Made by a program: the position numbers and the translations under genes
Part shown: piece after piece, positions 10,701 through 19,012 of the stretch
Layout: each line of letters starts with the position of its first letter
Numbering within the stretch: position 1 is the first letter of the stretch
Notes under the pieces: model-generated
What the model was told of the DNA's origin: nothing
Databases searched by the model: none
Seen by the model: the letters and a program-made list of their open reading frames with translations, nothing else
Source of the DNA: an uncultured Spirochaetota bacterium
GTDB lineage: Bacteria > Spirochaetota > UBA4802 > UBA5550
Length of the DNA stretch: 64,000 bases
NCBI GenBank assembly: GCA_963827275.1
Contig: CAWHAA010000004.1
Location: 1-64,000 of the forward strand
Reading direction: 5' to 3'

Positions 10701-11970
10701 AAGCGGCGTGGCCGCCAATACCTGGCTGCCGAGGGTCAAGGGCGGCGCCCTGAGTTACGATTATTACATGAACCATTCCATATCGCTCGTTCCGGATTGC
10801 GAAATTAGCGGGTTTTCCACATCCGGCACAAAGGGCTGGTACGGCGGCGACAGCGCGCGCGACTATTACACGCCTCCTGCAATGCCGACCCTCCTGTCCG
10901 TGCTTCTTGACTCAGACACGACCACGAACCGGAGCAACACGACACGGCGCGCGGACGGGCTTCTCGGCAGGCTCATGTACTATGACGTTGCCGCGGGCCG
11001 CCCGGCCGTGACCGAGACCCTGACCACGCACACCCCGCCCGACGATGCCGCGGTGAACAGCTTTTGCTACGGCCTCGAGCAGCTCACCAGCGCCATGAAG
11101 GGGGCGCGGTCAAAGGGGACGAGGATCTATGAGGACATGAGCGGCGATATCAGCGTTCACGGCTATACGGACCAGATCAGCAGGGTGACCAAGGGGATCG
11201 ACCCGCCCGCCTGGCTCTTCCAGAAGCGGGTGAGGCCGGATGATGGAACGAAGTACATCGATCTGGACCTTGACGACCTCCTGAATACGGTCATCGGCGA
11301 GACCGCGTCGGACGGCCTCAGGCAGTATCAGGACGTCAATACGCTGTATAACGACGGCACCGGCGATCCTGACTTCACGGATTTTAATGAGACCATCACC
11401 GACCTGAGCGACCTGACCGGCGATTTCCTGGTCGAGGGCGCCCCGTACTTCATATCCGAGCATCTCTTCGACGTCATGGACGCGCTGTTCCAGCACAACG
11501 TACCGAGCGAGGCGCAGGTGAAGGGACTCCTGTACACCCTGGGCAAGCTCCTCGCCTATTACGACGGGTCCGACTGGCTCTTCCAGGGCGGCGACCCGGG
11601 CTTCTCGGTGCTGTATGATTTTCTTACCACCGCGGTGCCGAACATCCACAACGAGATGGGGCTCTACAACGGCGTGCCGAACCGGGGCACCACCTACCGC
11701 TCGCTGATGAACAGCCTGTGGCAGGCCACGGCCGACAACGGGCTGGCCGCGCTCATAATGGAGACGATAAGCATCGGGCACTACAGCAGCGGCGATTTCA
11801 TCAACGAACTGGCGCTCTGGCTCGATAGCGATCTCATCAGCGGCCCGAACACCGAGTTCTACCCGATAATGGCGGACCTGCTGCGGGACATGGGCGACCT
11901 GGTTGAAAATTCGCCGACCGCGGAGGGCCTGTACATGCTCTATGACTACTATGGGTTCCAGGGCTACTAA
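7786..11970 (+). CDS. Very large hypothetical lipoprotein (1394 aa)
   Basis: MKKF-hydrophobic-LFSG-C lipobox, GGGGAG ribosome-binding site, uninterrupted ORF; acidic helical termini and a Gly/Asn/Thr/Tyr-rich centre. Confidence 0.85.
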   Translation: MKKFSVLLSMVSLLLALFSGCSSEKFPEFQTNDEPAPFDLLNLFAGYPVLDAAWDSVPGGTGNQKLAAMMQSDIPGTAEFMYILSYLMERAVAPGLDLLDDIKASLAFVTDDTERFYGNNQKGTPYAINSFYGDNNAPTYLEDFYGFLDTVAEAVPGNNNKIGVGVIGIMNRAVHYLLNEKTDAELDDFMVDLVETLTVTDDDPADGELDFKADFLDLAEFLSTPVAMADFPMFITEGAVPGEDTLITDIPSMPGGTDSDLGNMAKGLASLMNGFLSMLHGESLDREGMYDLIGNLDAALADPDVTQRLIWNMANYFTAGGSVYGAAVNTTNTNVNANQYNTDNDPTAGLYSNVELKENLSQLLTGASGLFLRDDRRSSMVWYNGTTSQDYPLASLLKNVKNIYMDWDNAQIQESVYDLIRFDALGRDRTIAGSYSASMLEHLLYLGAIAGNTGWSHLADANEIEDSNIFSSNTKEDSARRHGHGEFQGYLTLNDSLFSIMGARDSLASLGTYELLFDGSGVIKGVDQVFRRRTSFNGATADRDNYKFRYTWNYPALQFLSGACVGDFGVSTEGSLHGGNDDGGLGNDQYIPYSANGIYTKDLASWTFSWVIRACWEGEGPYYATQGATRSGNEYTYKRPDGSVYATVVKTDPGDASTWTYTYPVSASYDKADPDDATLRWNRYKAAWNTDYFMIRSLAGTNYVPKDSTGDTRPDTSTNPGYRSYTEMIPEKSAARECASQEEALFRNFQWVMNEKRFAMIIPLWLRNTGGLGGSIESAAYQIIEGNGIHGLSAARIMRDNGVWAKYNQGSTADSSVMSQVPGDYRIIILSEEIQTGTCGLGAVDADKILSLLGNGAATPATIGHNITAISRFGFPRSSLVTSGTNYEHRLLGSRNVGTANQDYGFQLNDGDWTKRNSLLPLFIALLAPLRERSYVADPFNVSANRNALAQTLEGLGALVKPWTFFNYNCDSSGVAANTWLPRVKGGALSYDYYMNHSISLVPDCEISGFSTSGTKGWYGGDSARDYYTPPAMPTLLSVLLDSDTTTNRSNTTRRADGLLGRLMYYDVAAGRPAVTETLTTHTPPDDAAVNSFCYGLEQLTSAMKGARSKGTRIYEDMSGDISVHGYTDQISRVTKGIDPPAWLFQKRVRPDDGTKYIDLDLDDLLNTVIGETASDGLRQYQDVNTLYNDGTGDPDFTDFNETITDLSDLTGDFLVEGAPYFISEHLFDVMDALFQHNVPSEAQVKGLLYTLGKLLAYYDGSDWLFQGGDPGFSVLYDFLTTAVPNIHNEMGLYNGVPNRGTTYRSLMNSLWQATADNGLAALIMETISIGHYSSGDFINELALWLDSDLISGPNTEFYPIMADLLRDMGDLVENSPTAEGLYMLYDYYGFQGY

Positions 11971-11997
11971 AATCCGGTCAGTATCAATGACACGACG

Positions 11998-12027
11998 AGG
12001 GGCCGTCCGTGAAGGGCGGCCCCTTTT
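11998..12027 (+). terminator. Rho-independent terminator
   Basis: AGGGGCCGTCC-gtgaa-GGGCGGCCCCT followed by TTT. Confidence 0.8.
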
Positions 12028-12114
12028 CATAGTATTGCCCGACACCGGCGCCTCACACATCTGATCCAAAACGAAGATCTGAATCGATTTAGAGCTATCA
12101 GGGCAGGTATATCG

Positions 12115-12208
12115 AGCGTCGGAAAAAAACCTCGCGGCCTGCGGAACTCGGACAAAGACATTGAAGACTCGGACAGTCCTCGGCCGCTCAGTTCTTTTTT
12201 CCGACGCT
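12115..12208. repeat. 94-bp MITE/REP-like element with 14-bp terminal inverted repeats
   Basis: AGCGTCGGAAAAAA ... TTTTTTCCGACGCT, inner arms GCGGCC/GGCCGC, internal direct repeat ACTCGGACA x2. Confidence 0.6.
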
Positions 12209-12323
12209 TCATTGATTATCGGGAAAGGTTTTATTGTTGACAGCACCCCTTTGCTCAGTATATTCCTCTATGGCTTTCAGATGACGCGCTGAGATTTTTA
12301 TACAGGCGACAAAACAATATTTC

Positions 12324-12815
12324 ATGGACTATTTCTTAATTATCACCGCGGTTCTTCTCATGGCCGCCGGCCTTGCCGGCTGCTTTCTGCCGGCCGTTCC
12401 GGGCCCGCCACTCAATTTCGCCGGATTGATCATGGCCCATCTGAGCAGGTTCGCGGAATTCGAACTATCGATCCTGGTGCTTTTCGGCGCCCTCACCCTT
12501 GTCGTCCTCCTGCTCGATTACCTTGTGCCGGCCTGGGGCACCAAGAAATTCGGCGGTTCGAAATACGGGACCTGGGGCAGCATCATAGGGCTGATAATCG
12601 GCACGTTCTTTCTTTCCATAGGGCCGCTCGGCCTGGTCGGCATTATCGGGGGACCGTTCGTGGGGGCGTATATCGGTGAAATCATCGGGAGAAAAAACAG
12701 CGGTCACGCGCTCAGGGCCGCGTTTGGTTCATTTATAGGCTTTCTGGCCGGCACGGTCATGAAAGTCGCGCTCGCGGTATCCATGATCGTGGTCCTGATC
12801 ACACGGCTTGTGTAA
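12324..12815 (+). CDS. DUF456 family membrane protein
   Basis: LPAVPGPPL, DYLVPAWGTKKFGGSKYGTWGSIIG, GPFVGAYIGE. Confidence 0.88.
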   Translation: MDYFLIITAVLLMAAGLAGCFLPAVPGPPLNFAGLIMAHLSRFAEFELSILVLFGALTLVVLLLDYLVPAWGTKKFGGSKYGTWGSIIGLIIGTFFLSIGPLGLVGIIGGPFVGAYIGEIIGRKNSGHALRAAFGSFIGFLAGTVMKVALAVSMIVVLITRLV

Positions 12816-12914
12816 TTCCTCCCCAATCTCCATCATGATAAATCAAAATCCGGCAGTATTGAATTAATCTTGACGTGTTAGGATTACACTGTTATTTTAA
12901 TAAGGAGCCGCACC

Positions 12915-13796
12915 ATGGATTATTTTAACAACAAGCTCGCTTTCATCACCGGCGGATCAAGCGGGATCGGTTTTGAGACAGCATGCCTTCTTGCCTCACG
13001 GGGGTGCAGCCTGGTGCTGTTCGCGCGTGGGCAGGCCGGGCTTGATACGGCGTGCAGGGAGATACAGCTGCGCACGGTTACTACATCGCAGCGTATACAT
13101 TCCCTTCCCATGAATGTTGCGGATAACGATGATGTGCGGCAAAAAATCAACCATGCGATCGACCGGTTCGGCGTGCCGGATATGCTGATAAACAGCGCCG
13201 GTATCGGCACCGGGGATTATTTTGAGAACATATCCTGCGAGCAGTTTGACCGGGTGATGAAGACCAATGTGTATGGGACAAGGAACGCCATCAGCGCGCT
13301 CCTCCCGTTCATGAAGCAAAAGGGCGGGGGCCATATTGTAAATATATCTTCCGTGGCAGGGCTGATCGGCATGTTCGGCTACACCCTCTATTGCGCGACG
13401 AAATACGCGATCGTGGGAATGTCGGAGTGTCTCCGGAGCGAGTTGAAGCGGTATAACATCGCGGTCACCGTGGTGTGCCCGCCCGAGGTTAATACGCGCT
13501 TTGTCGAGGAAGAAGCGAAAACCCTCCCGCCCGAGAGCAGGGCGGTGAAGGGCCTTGCTGGCCTGCTCGAGCCGCGCGATGTGGCGCGGGCGATCGTGAA
13601 GGCGGTCAGGAAAAAGAGGTTTATGGTCATTCCCGGGCTGTCCGCGAAGTTCCTGATTTTCCTGCACCGCGTCAGCAACGGGCTTCTGACCAGGCGGCCG
13701 TCCGATTTTGGTGGTGTCATTGACCGCGTGGAGAGCGGGAAAGAGATAGCTGCGACGCCTCGTGGTCCGGGCGCGGGCGTCCGGATCAGAGGATGA
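12915..13796 (+). CDS. SDR oxidoreductase, KDSR (3-ketosphinganine reductase)-like; true stop may be 13749
   Basis: TGGSSGIG, NSAG, NISS, YCATK, VCPPEVNT. The tail overlaps hisF and may reflect a +1 indel near 13707. Confidence 0.85.
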   Translation: MDYFNNKLAFITGGSSGIGFETACLLASRGCSLVLFARGQAGLDTACREIQLRTVTTSQRIHSLPMNVADNDDVRQKINHAIDRFGVPDMLINSAGIGTGDYFENISCEQFDRVMKTNVYGTRNAISALLPFMKQKGGGHIVNISSVAGLIGMFGYTLYCATKYAIVGMSECLRSELKRYNIAVTVVCPPEVNTRFVEEEAKTLPPESRAVKGLAGLLEPRDVARAIVKAVRKKRFMVIPGLSAKFLIFLHRVSNGLLTRRPSDFGGVIDRVESGKEIAATPRGPGAGVRIRG

Positions 13797-14559
13797 CGTC
13801 GATGCCCCTGCCGCTCAGGTATTCCTTCACCTGACGGATGCTGAAGGTGCGGAAGTGGAACACCGACGCTGCCAGCAGCACCTGCGCCTTGCCCCTGACC
13901 ACGCCGTCGTAAAAATGCTCGAGCTTCCCCGCGCCGCCTGACGCGATGACCGGCACGGTCACCGCGTCCGCCACCGCGCTCGTGAATTCCAGGTCATAGC
14001 CGGCGAGTGTGCCGTCCCCGTCCATGCTGGTGGGGAGGACGCAGCCAACACCCGCGTCGTTGCAGGCCCTGGCCCATTCGATGGCGTCCTTGCCGACCGG
14101 CCTGGTGCCGCCGGAAACCACCAGCTCGAAGCCCGAGGGCAGGGCGCTGTTGCGCCGCGCGTCGATCGCGATGGTGATCCTGCCGGGGCCGAACTCCTTC
14201 ACCGCCTGCCGCATCAAGGGCGGGTCCTTTACCGCGGCGCTGTTCATCGAGACAGAGGAGGCGCCGGAAGCCAGAACCAGCTCTATGTCCTCCAGGCCGT
14301 TGATGCCGCCGCCGACCGTGAGGGGGATGGTTATCGCCGACGAGACCTGCCTGACCCATTCGAGCCGGGTCTTCCGGTTTTCGAGCGTGGCGGCGATATC
14401 GAGCATGGCGAGCTCATCGGCCCCCTCGGCCTGGTAAAAGGCCGCGTTTTCAGCGGGATCTCCCGCGTCGCGTATATTCACGAAATTAACTCCCTTCACG
14501 ACCCGTCCCTCTTTCATGTCAAGGCACGGCATTATCTTTATCTTTCCCATGATGTCCAT
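13786..14559 (-). CDS. hisF: Imidazole glycerol phosphate synthase cyclase subunit
   Basis: PCLDMKEGRVVKGVNF, DAGDP, GADEL, IPLTVGGG, TSMDGDGTLAGYD, PVIASGGAG, LAASVFHF. Confidence 0.95.
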   Translation of the reverse strand: MDIMGKIKIMPCLDMKEGRVVKGVNFVNIRDAGDPAENAAFYQAEGADELAMLDIAATLENRKTRLEWVRQVSSAITIPLTVGGGINGLEDIELVLASGASSVSMNSAAVKDPPLMRQAVKEFGPGRITIAIDARRNSALPSGFELVVSGGTRPVGKDAIEWARACNDAGVGCVLPTSMDGDGTLAGYDLEFTSAVADAVTVPVIASGGAGKLEHFYDGVVRGKAQVLLAASVFHFRTFSIRQVKEYLSGRGIDVIL

Positions 14560-14581
14560 CCTTAAAGGTTGTTCGGCGCGC

Positions 14582-16501
14582 TCACGCGCCAGAGATGATC
14601 GCCCTGATCCGGGCAGTCAGGTCCGCTGTCTCCTGCTTCGTTTCCCGGATGAATGAATCGTCTCCGGCCGGCGTGTTGACGTCGGCATAATCCGGTATTA
14701 TTGTGCCGCCCCTCAGGTCGTCGCGCTCCTTCGACTTGAACGTGCTGTCGGACACCAGCGCGAGAATGTCGATGAGGCGCGACAGGTTGTCGCTGACGCT
14801 CCTCAGGATGTAGGTCTCGCCGGCGAGGACCTGACGGGCGTGCTCCCATTCCAGGTCCTCGGTCTGCCGCTCATAGATGTCCTGGAGGATGCCCGTATCT
14901 CCCGTTTCGCGGAGGGCGGTTATGCGGTCAAGCATCCGCATCAGGGCATAGTATTCGATATAGAGCCGGTAGGTCTCGATCCCGCTCTTCCTGCTCTGCT
15001 CGGTCATGAAGTTCTTCCCGAGACCGGGAATGTCGCTGCCCGTATAGAGTTCCCTCACGCGGCCGACCCCCTTCAGCGCGTCCCGCGCGGCGATCATCAT
15101 GTCGATAATTGCCGGCCTGAACACCGCGAAGGAGAACGAGGAACGTCGCGCCTTGTTCCGTTTCCGGTACTTGCCCTCGTTTCTTCTTACCGCGTAGATG
15201 TTGTGTGAGAGCACCCACCCGGGGAAGATCTCGTTGAACGAGGGGGATATTCCGGGCGCGTGCGCCGACGGCTTGTTGACCAGTGAAAACGGAAATTCAA
15301 GCCGCTGCGGGAGCGTGTCCACCCCGGTGGCGATGATCGAGTAGGGCGCCCTGGTGAAATCGGACGGGAACTTGATGTTCGTCCCGAGGCCGAAAAACAT
15401 CCCTTCCCCGCACCAGATCTCCTGGTCGGGGGACTTCGAGGTATGGTTTGAGCCGATGTTGGCGCCGTAGGCCACGTTGCCCTTTCCTTCCGGCCAGATG
15501 CCGGCAATGAGCATTGACTGGTGGTGAAATCCGACAAAGGGGCCGAGCAGGCAGGAGGTCACCTCGCCCTCGGCCACGCCGGTGTTCGGGCCGATGATGC
15601 TCATTGTCACCTTGCCGTGACGCTCGACATGGGAATGCTCGCAGAGCACGGACTTGTCGACGATCGCCATCGAGGTGACCTCGCAGCCCCACTGCACGCA
15701 GGAGTCGCTGACGTATGCCCCGTGGCTGACCTCCGTCTTCTCGTCCGGGGTCGCGAGCAGGGTGGAGTTCCTGACCAGGGTCGCCCCTGTCACGGCAACG
15801 TCGTCGCCGATGTAGGAGTCTTCAATCGTCGGCGTATTCCTGATGACCGCGTTTTTCCCGATGTACCCTGACGGCGCCGTGCATTTCCCGACATACCGCT
15901 GTATGAATTCAGCGTACCCGCGGAGCAGCTCCCTGTCGGACCTGTTTTTCGCGACCGCTTCCGCGACCGCGACCGTCAGATCGGCGAAGGAGGCGATTTC
16001 CCTGCCCCCGGTTTCGTTGCCGACGGCAATTTCGATGCCGTTGCCGAAGGAGCAGGCGCCGGACGCGGATATCGAGCCGTTATTCAGGAGCACGGCCCCG
16101 TCCCGCACAACGCAGTTGGCAACGGTGCCCGTGTCATGGATGACGCACCCGTGGCCGATTTCCGAGTTGATGATGGTGCTGCGGTAGATGCCCGCCGGGA
16201 GGCCGGACGCCGCGCCGCTGTGCGGCGCGGCGGCGCCGCACTTTCCGAGGCGGCAGGCCCCGTGGAAGGAGCTGTAAAAGACGGCCGCGGGAGTGAAGTC
16301 GGGCGTGACCAGTATGGCGCTCCAGTCCGATGAGATGTTCCCTTGCGCTGACAGGCGGTCTATCTCCTCGTCCCGCAGGGGCCGCACGTTGTCTCCGAAG
16401 AGCCGGCTCCCGGACCGGTTATCCTTCAGCAGCTCGATGCTTTTCAGAAAAACGGAGTCCTCAAGAATGGTTCCTGTCAGGGTCCCTGTTTTTGTTGTCA
16501 T
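14582..16501 (-). CDS. DUF4954 family left-handed beta-helix protein with GlmU-acetyltransferase-like core
   Basis: Hexapeptide repeats; GPFVGFHHQSMLIA..GNVAYGANIGSNHTSK..GEGMFFGLG; RRNEGKY..RNK. Confidence 0.8.
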   Translation of the reverse strand: MTTKTGTLTGTILEDSVFLKSIELLKDNRSGSRLFGDNVRPLRDEEIDRLSAQGNISSDWSAILVTPDFTPAAVFYSSFHGACRLGKCGAAAPHSGAASGLPAGIYRSTIINSEIGHGCVIHDTGTVANCVVRDGAVLLNNGSISASGACSFGNGIEIAVGNETGGREIASFADLTVAVAEAVAKNRSDRELLRGYAEFIQRYVGKCTAPSGYIGKNAVIRNTPTIEDSYIGDDVAVTGATLVRNSTLLATPDEKTEVSHGAYVSDSCVQWGCEVTSMAIVDKSVLCEHSHVERHGKVTMSIIGPNTGVAEGEVTSCLLGPFVGFHHQSMLIAGIWPEGKGNVAYGANIGSNHTSKSPDQEIWCGEGMFFGLGTNIKFPSDFTRAPYSIIATGVDTLPQRLEFPFSLVNKPSAHAPGISPSFNEIFPGWVLSHNIYAVRRNEGKYRKRNKARRSSFSFAVFRPAIIDMMIAARDALKGVGRVRELYTGSDIPGLGKNFMTEQSRKSGIETYRLYIEYYALMRMLDRITALRETGDTGILQDIYERQTEDLEWEHARQVLAGETYILRSVSDNLSRLIDILALVSDSTFKSKERDDLRGGTIIPDYADVNTPAGDDSFIRETKQETADLTARIRAIISGA

Positions 16502-16526
16502 TGCCGTTCTGCCTGTGGAGGTGGTG

Positions 16527-17318
16527 TTATCTTCCGATCTTTTTCTGCACGAGCTTTTTGTTGTCCCGCACCCAGTTGTAATACTCCGTGCGCGTGAGCA
16601 TCGAGGCGGCCTCCTGGTCGAGGACGACCGTAGCGCGGCAATGGAGCTGGAGCGCGGACGCCGTGATCATGGAGGTGACCGGGCCCTCTATGAATTTCGC
16701 GCAGACCTCGGCCTTTTTCTTGCCGTTTGCGATGAGCAGGATGTTCCTCGCTTCCAGTATCGTGCCGATGCCCATGGTGATGGCGAACCGGGGGACATCC
16801 TCCTCTTTTTTAAAGAAGCGGGCGTTGTCCTCTATTGTTTCCTTGTATAACGCCTTTACCCTGGTGCGGCTCGCGAAGGAAGAGCCCGGCTCGTTGAAGG
16901 CGATATGGCCGTCGCGCCCTATGCCGAGGATCTGGAGATCGATGCCGCCGGCCTCATTTATTTTTTTTTCATACCATTCGCAAAAAATCTCCGGGTCCTG
17001 GGTGTTTCCCTGCGGAACGAAGACGCGCGACGGATTGACATTCACGTGCTTGAAAAAGTTTTCTTTCATGAAGTGGTTGTAGCTGTTCTCGTGCAGGGGC
17101 GCGAGGCCGACATATTCGTCAAGGTTGAAGGTGGTTATCTTCGAAAAATCAAGGCCTTCCTCCTTGTAGAGCTTGACCAGCTCCTTGTAGGTGCCGACCG
17201 GCGTGTCGCCCGTTGCGAGTCCCAGGGTAAGGTCGAATTTTTTCTTTACCTCACCGGCGATAATCTCGGCCGATATCCTGCTCATCTCTTCGTAATCTTT
17301 TGCGATGATTATTTCCAT
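16527..17318 (-). CDS. nagB: Glucosamine-6-phosphate deaminase
   Basis: LGLATGDTP, TFNLDEYVGL, GGIDLQILGIGRDGHIAFNEPGSS, AITMGIGTI. Confidence 0.96.
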   Translation of the reverse strand: MEIIIAKDYEEMSRISAEIIAGEVKKKFDLTLGLATGDTPVGTYKELVKLYKEEGLDFSKITTFNLDEYVGLAPLHENSYNHFMKENFFKHVNVNPSRVFVPQGNTQDPEIFCEWYEKKINEAGGIDLQILGIGRDGHIAFNEPGSSFASRTRVKALYKETIEDNARFFKKEEDVPRFAITMGIGTILEARNILLIANGKKKAEVCAKFIEGPVTSMITASALQLHCRATVVLDQEAASMLTRTEYYNWVRDNKKLVQKKIGR

Positions 17319-17625
17319 GCTGTTTCCCCCCGTGGTGCTATGGCTAAAAAGCGCGTGCCGCCTGACCCCGGATTTTTCAGCAGGAAGGAAAACAAGTCAA
17401 ATAATTTATTAATGCCGGCTGATTTTGTATGCCGCCCCGCGCAGGTGGGTTTTTCTGGCGCGGCAGCCGGGCGGAGGGCGGAACATAGTTATGTCGCCTG
17501 GTATCCGGCCGGCGGCACACGGGCAGCGGGCGCCCGGCAAAGGGCCCTGCCCCAAAAATTTATTGATCAAATCGGGCCGGTTTGTTACTCTGCGGTTGAG
17601 ACCAGATCCCTTTTCAGGAGGAGCC

Positions 17626-19005
17626 ATGATCACCTTTCCGGGCTACGAAGCGGTGATAAAGCGGGTGTATGACAATAAGCAGGAGCACGTGTTCGAGTAC
17701 TGGAACGAACTGGACGACCTGGAGAAGAAACACCTTCTCGATGACCTCTCGGACATAGATTTTTCGCTGCTCCTGAAGTTGTTTTTTTCAAAGGAGACCG
17801 CCATGGAAACCCATTTCGACGCGGCCCCCTACATTGCGCTCCCCACAACCGAGGATGAAAAGAGAGAATTCTCTCGCGCGCGCGAAGCGGGGATAACCCA
17901 CGCGCGGCAGGGGAAGGTGGCGGCGTTCGTGGTCGCGGGCGGGCAGGGATCGCGGCTGGGGTACGAGGGGCCGAAGGGGATGTTCCCGGTGGGCCCGGTG
18001 TCGGGAAAAACCCTCTTCCGGATACACGCGGAGAAGATACTCGCATATTCTCGTAAGTACGCCGCCGCCATACCCTACCTGGTCATGACCTCGCAGGCGA
18101 ACCACGACCAGACCGAGGAGTATTTCGGGAAAAACGACTATTTCGGTCTCGGGCGGGAGAACGTGTACATATTTCCGCAGAACATGATCCCGTCACTTGA
18201 TGCCGCGGGAAAGCTGATCCTCGAATCAAAGCACAACGTGTTCAAAAATCCTGACGGCCACGGGGGGAGCCTGACGGCCCTCTACACCTCCGGCGTCCTG
18301 GCCGCGATGAAAGAGCGCGGGGTCGAGACGATATCGTACTTCCAGGTGGACAACCCGCTGGTGCGGATCGTGGACCCGGTCTTCGTCGGCTTTCACGTCC
18401 TGCGCGGCGCGGACATATCAAGCAAGGCGGTCAGGAAAGCCTACCCGGGGGAAAAGGTGGGAGTGTTCGTGCGCTACGGCGACAATACCATCGGGGTCGT
18501 CGAATATTCGGACATGCCCGAAGAGAAAACGCACAGCCTGGATGAGAGGGGCGGACTCCGTTTTTCATCGGGCAGCATCGCGATCCATCTTTTTCAGAGG
18601 GAATTTATCGAGCGGGTCACCGCGGGCACCGAAATCGCGCTCCCCTTCCATACCGCGAAAAAGAAGATCAAGGCCTTTTCCGGCGGCGTCCGGAGGGAGG
18701 TGGACGGCTTCAAGTTCGAGAAGTTCGTGTTCGACGCCCTCCCGCTCACGCAGAAAAATATCGTGTTCGAGACGCAGCGGGAGGAGGAATTCGCCCCGGT
18801 GAAGAACGCGGAGGGGGTGGATTCGGTCGTTTCAGCCCGGAAGATGATGAGCGAGCAGCACCGGCGCTGGCTCGCGGACCGGGGGATCCGGGTCCCGGAG
18901 AGGACAAAGGCGCTGGAGATATCCCCGCTGGTCGCGGTGGAGCCGGAAGACCTTGATCCGAACATGAAAATTGCCGATGATGAGAACGTGTATATCACCG
19001 TATAG
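17626..19005 (+). CDS. UDPGP type 1 family, eukaryote-type UDP-N-acetylglucosamine pyrophosphorylase (UAP-like)
   Basis: AGGQGSRLG..PKG, PDGHGG, QVDNPL, EKVG, VVEYSD, KFEKFVFD, REEEFAPVKN; GGAGG ribosome-binding site before ATG 17626. Confidence 0.9.
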   Translation: MITFPGYEAVIKRVYDNKQEHVFEYWNELDDLEKKHLLDDLSDIDFSLLLKLFFSKETAMETHFDAAPYIALPTTEDEKREFSRAREAGITHARQGKVAAFVVAGGQGSRLGYEGPKGMFPVGPVSGKTLFRIHAEKILAYSRKYAAAIPYLVMTSQANHDQTEEYFGKNDYFGLGRENVYIFPQNMIPSLDAAGKLILESKHNVFKNPDGHGGSLTALYTSGVLAAMKERGVETISYFQVDNPLVRIVDPVFVGFHVLRGADISSKAVRKAYPGEKVGVFVRYGDNTIGVVEYSDMPEEKTHSLDERGGLRFSSGSIAIHLFQREFIERVTAGTEIALPFHTAKKKIKAFSGGVRREVDGFKFEKFVFDALPLTQKNIVFETQREEEFAPVKNAEGVDSVVSARKMMSEQHRRWLADRGIRVPERTKALEISPLVAVEPEDLDPNMKIADDENVYITV

Positions 19006-19012
19006 GGGAACC

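Noticed and set aside
7786..11970. Giant lipoprotein as a diversity-generating retroelement target
   Set aside because: No reverse transcriptase and no template/variable repeat pair visible in the window.
12288..12294. TPP riboswitch-like GCTGAGA
   Set aside because: No other TPP aptamer elements follow.
13786..14559. hisF as the WbuZ/AglZ acetamidino-sugar paralog
   Set aside because: Motifs are canonical HisF, and no N-acetyl-sugar amidotransferase or hisH paralog is adjacent.
17425..17625. Long N-terminal extensions in the ORF track (also 20734, 26548, 28146, 29622, 32161, 63869)
   Set aside because: Recognisable domains begin at downstream starts, several of which have clear ribosome-binding sites.
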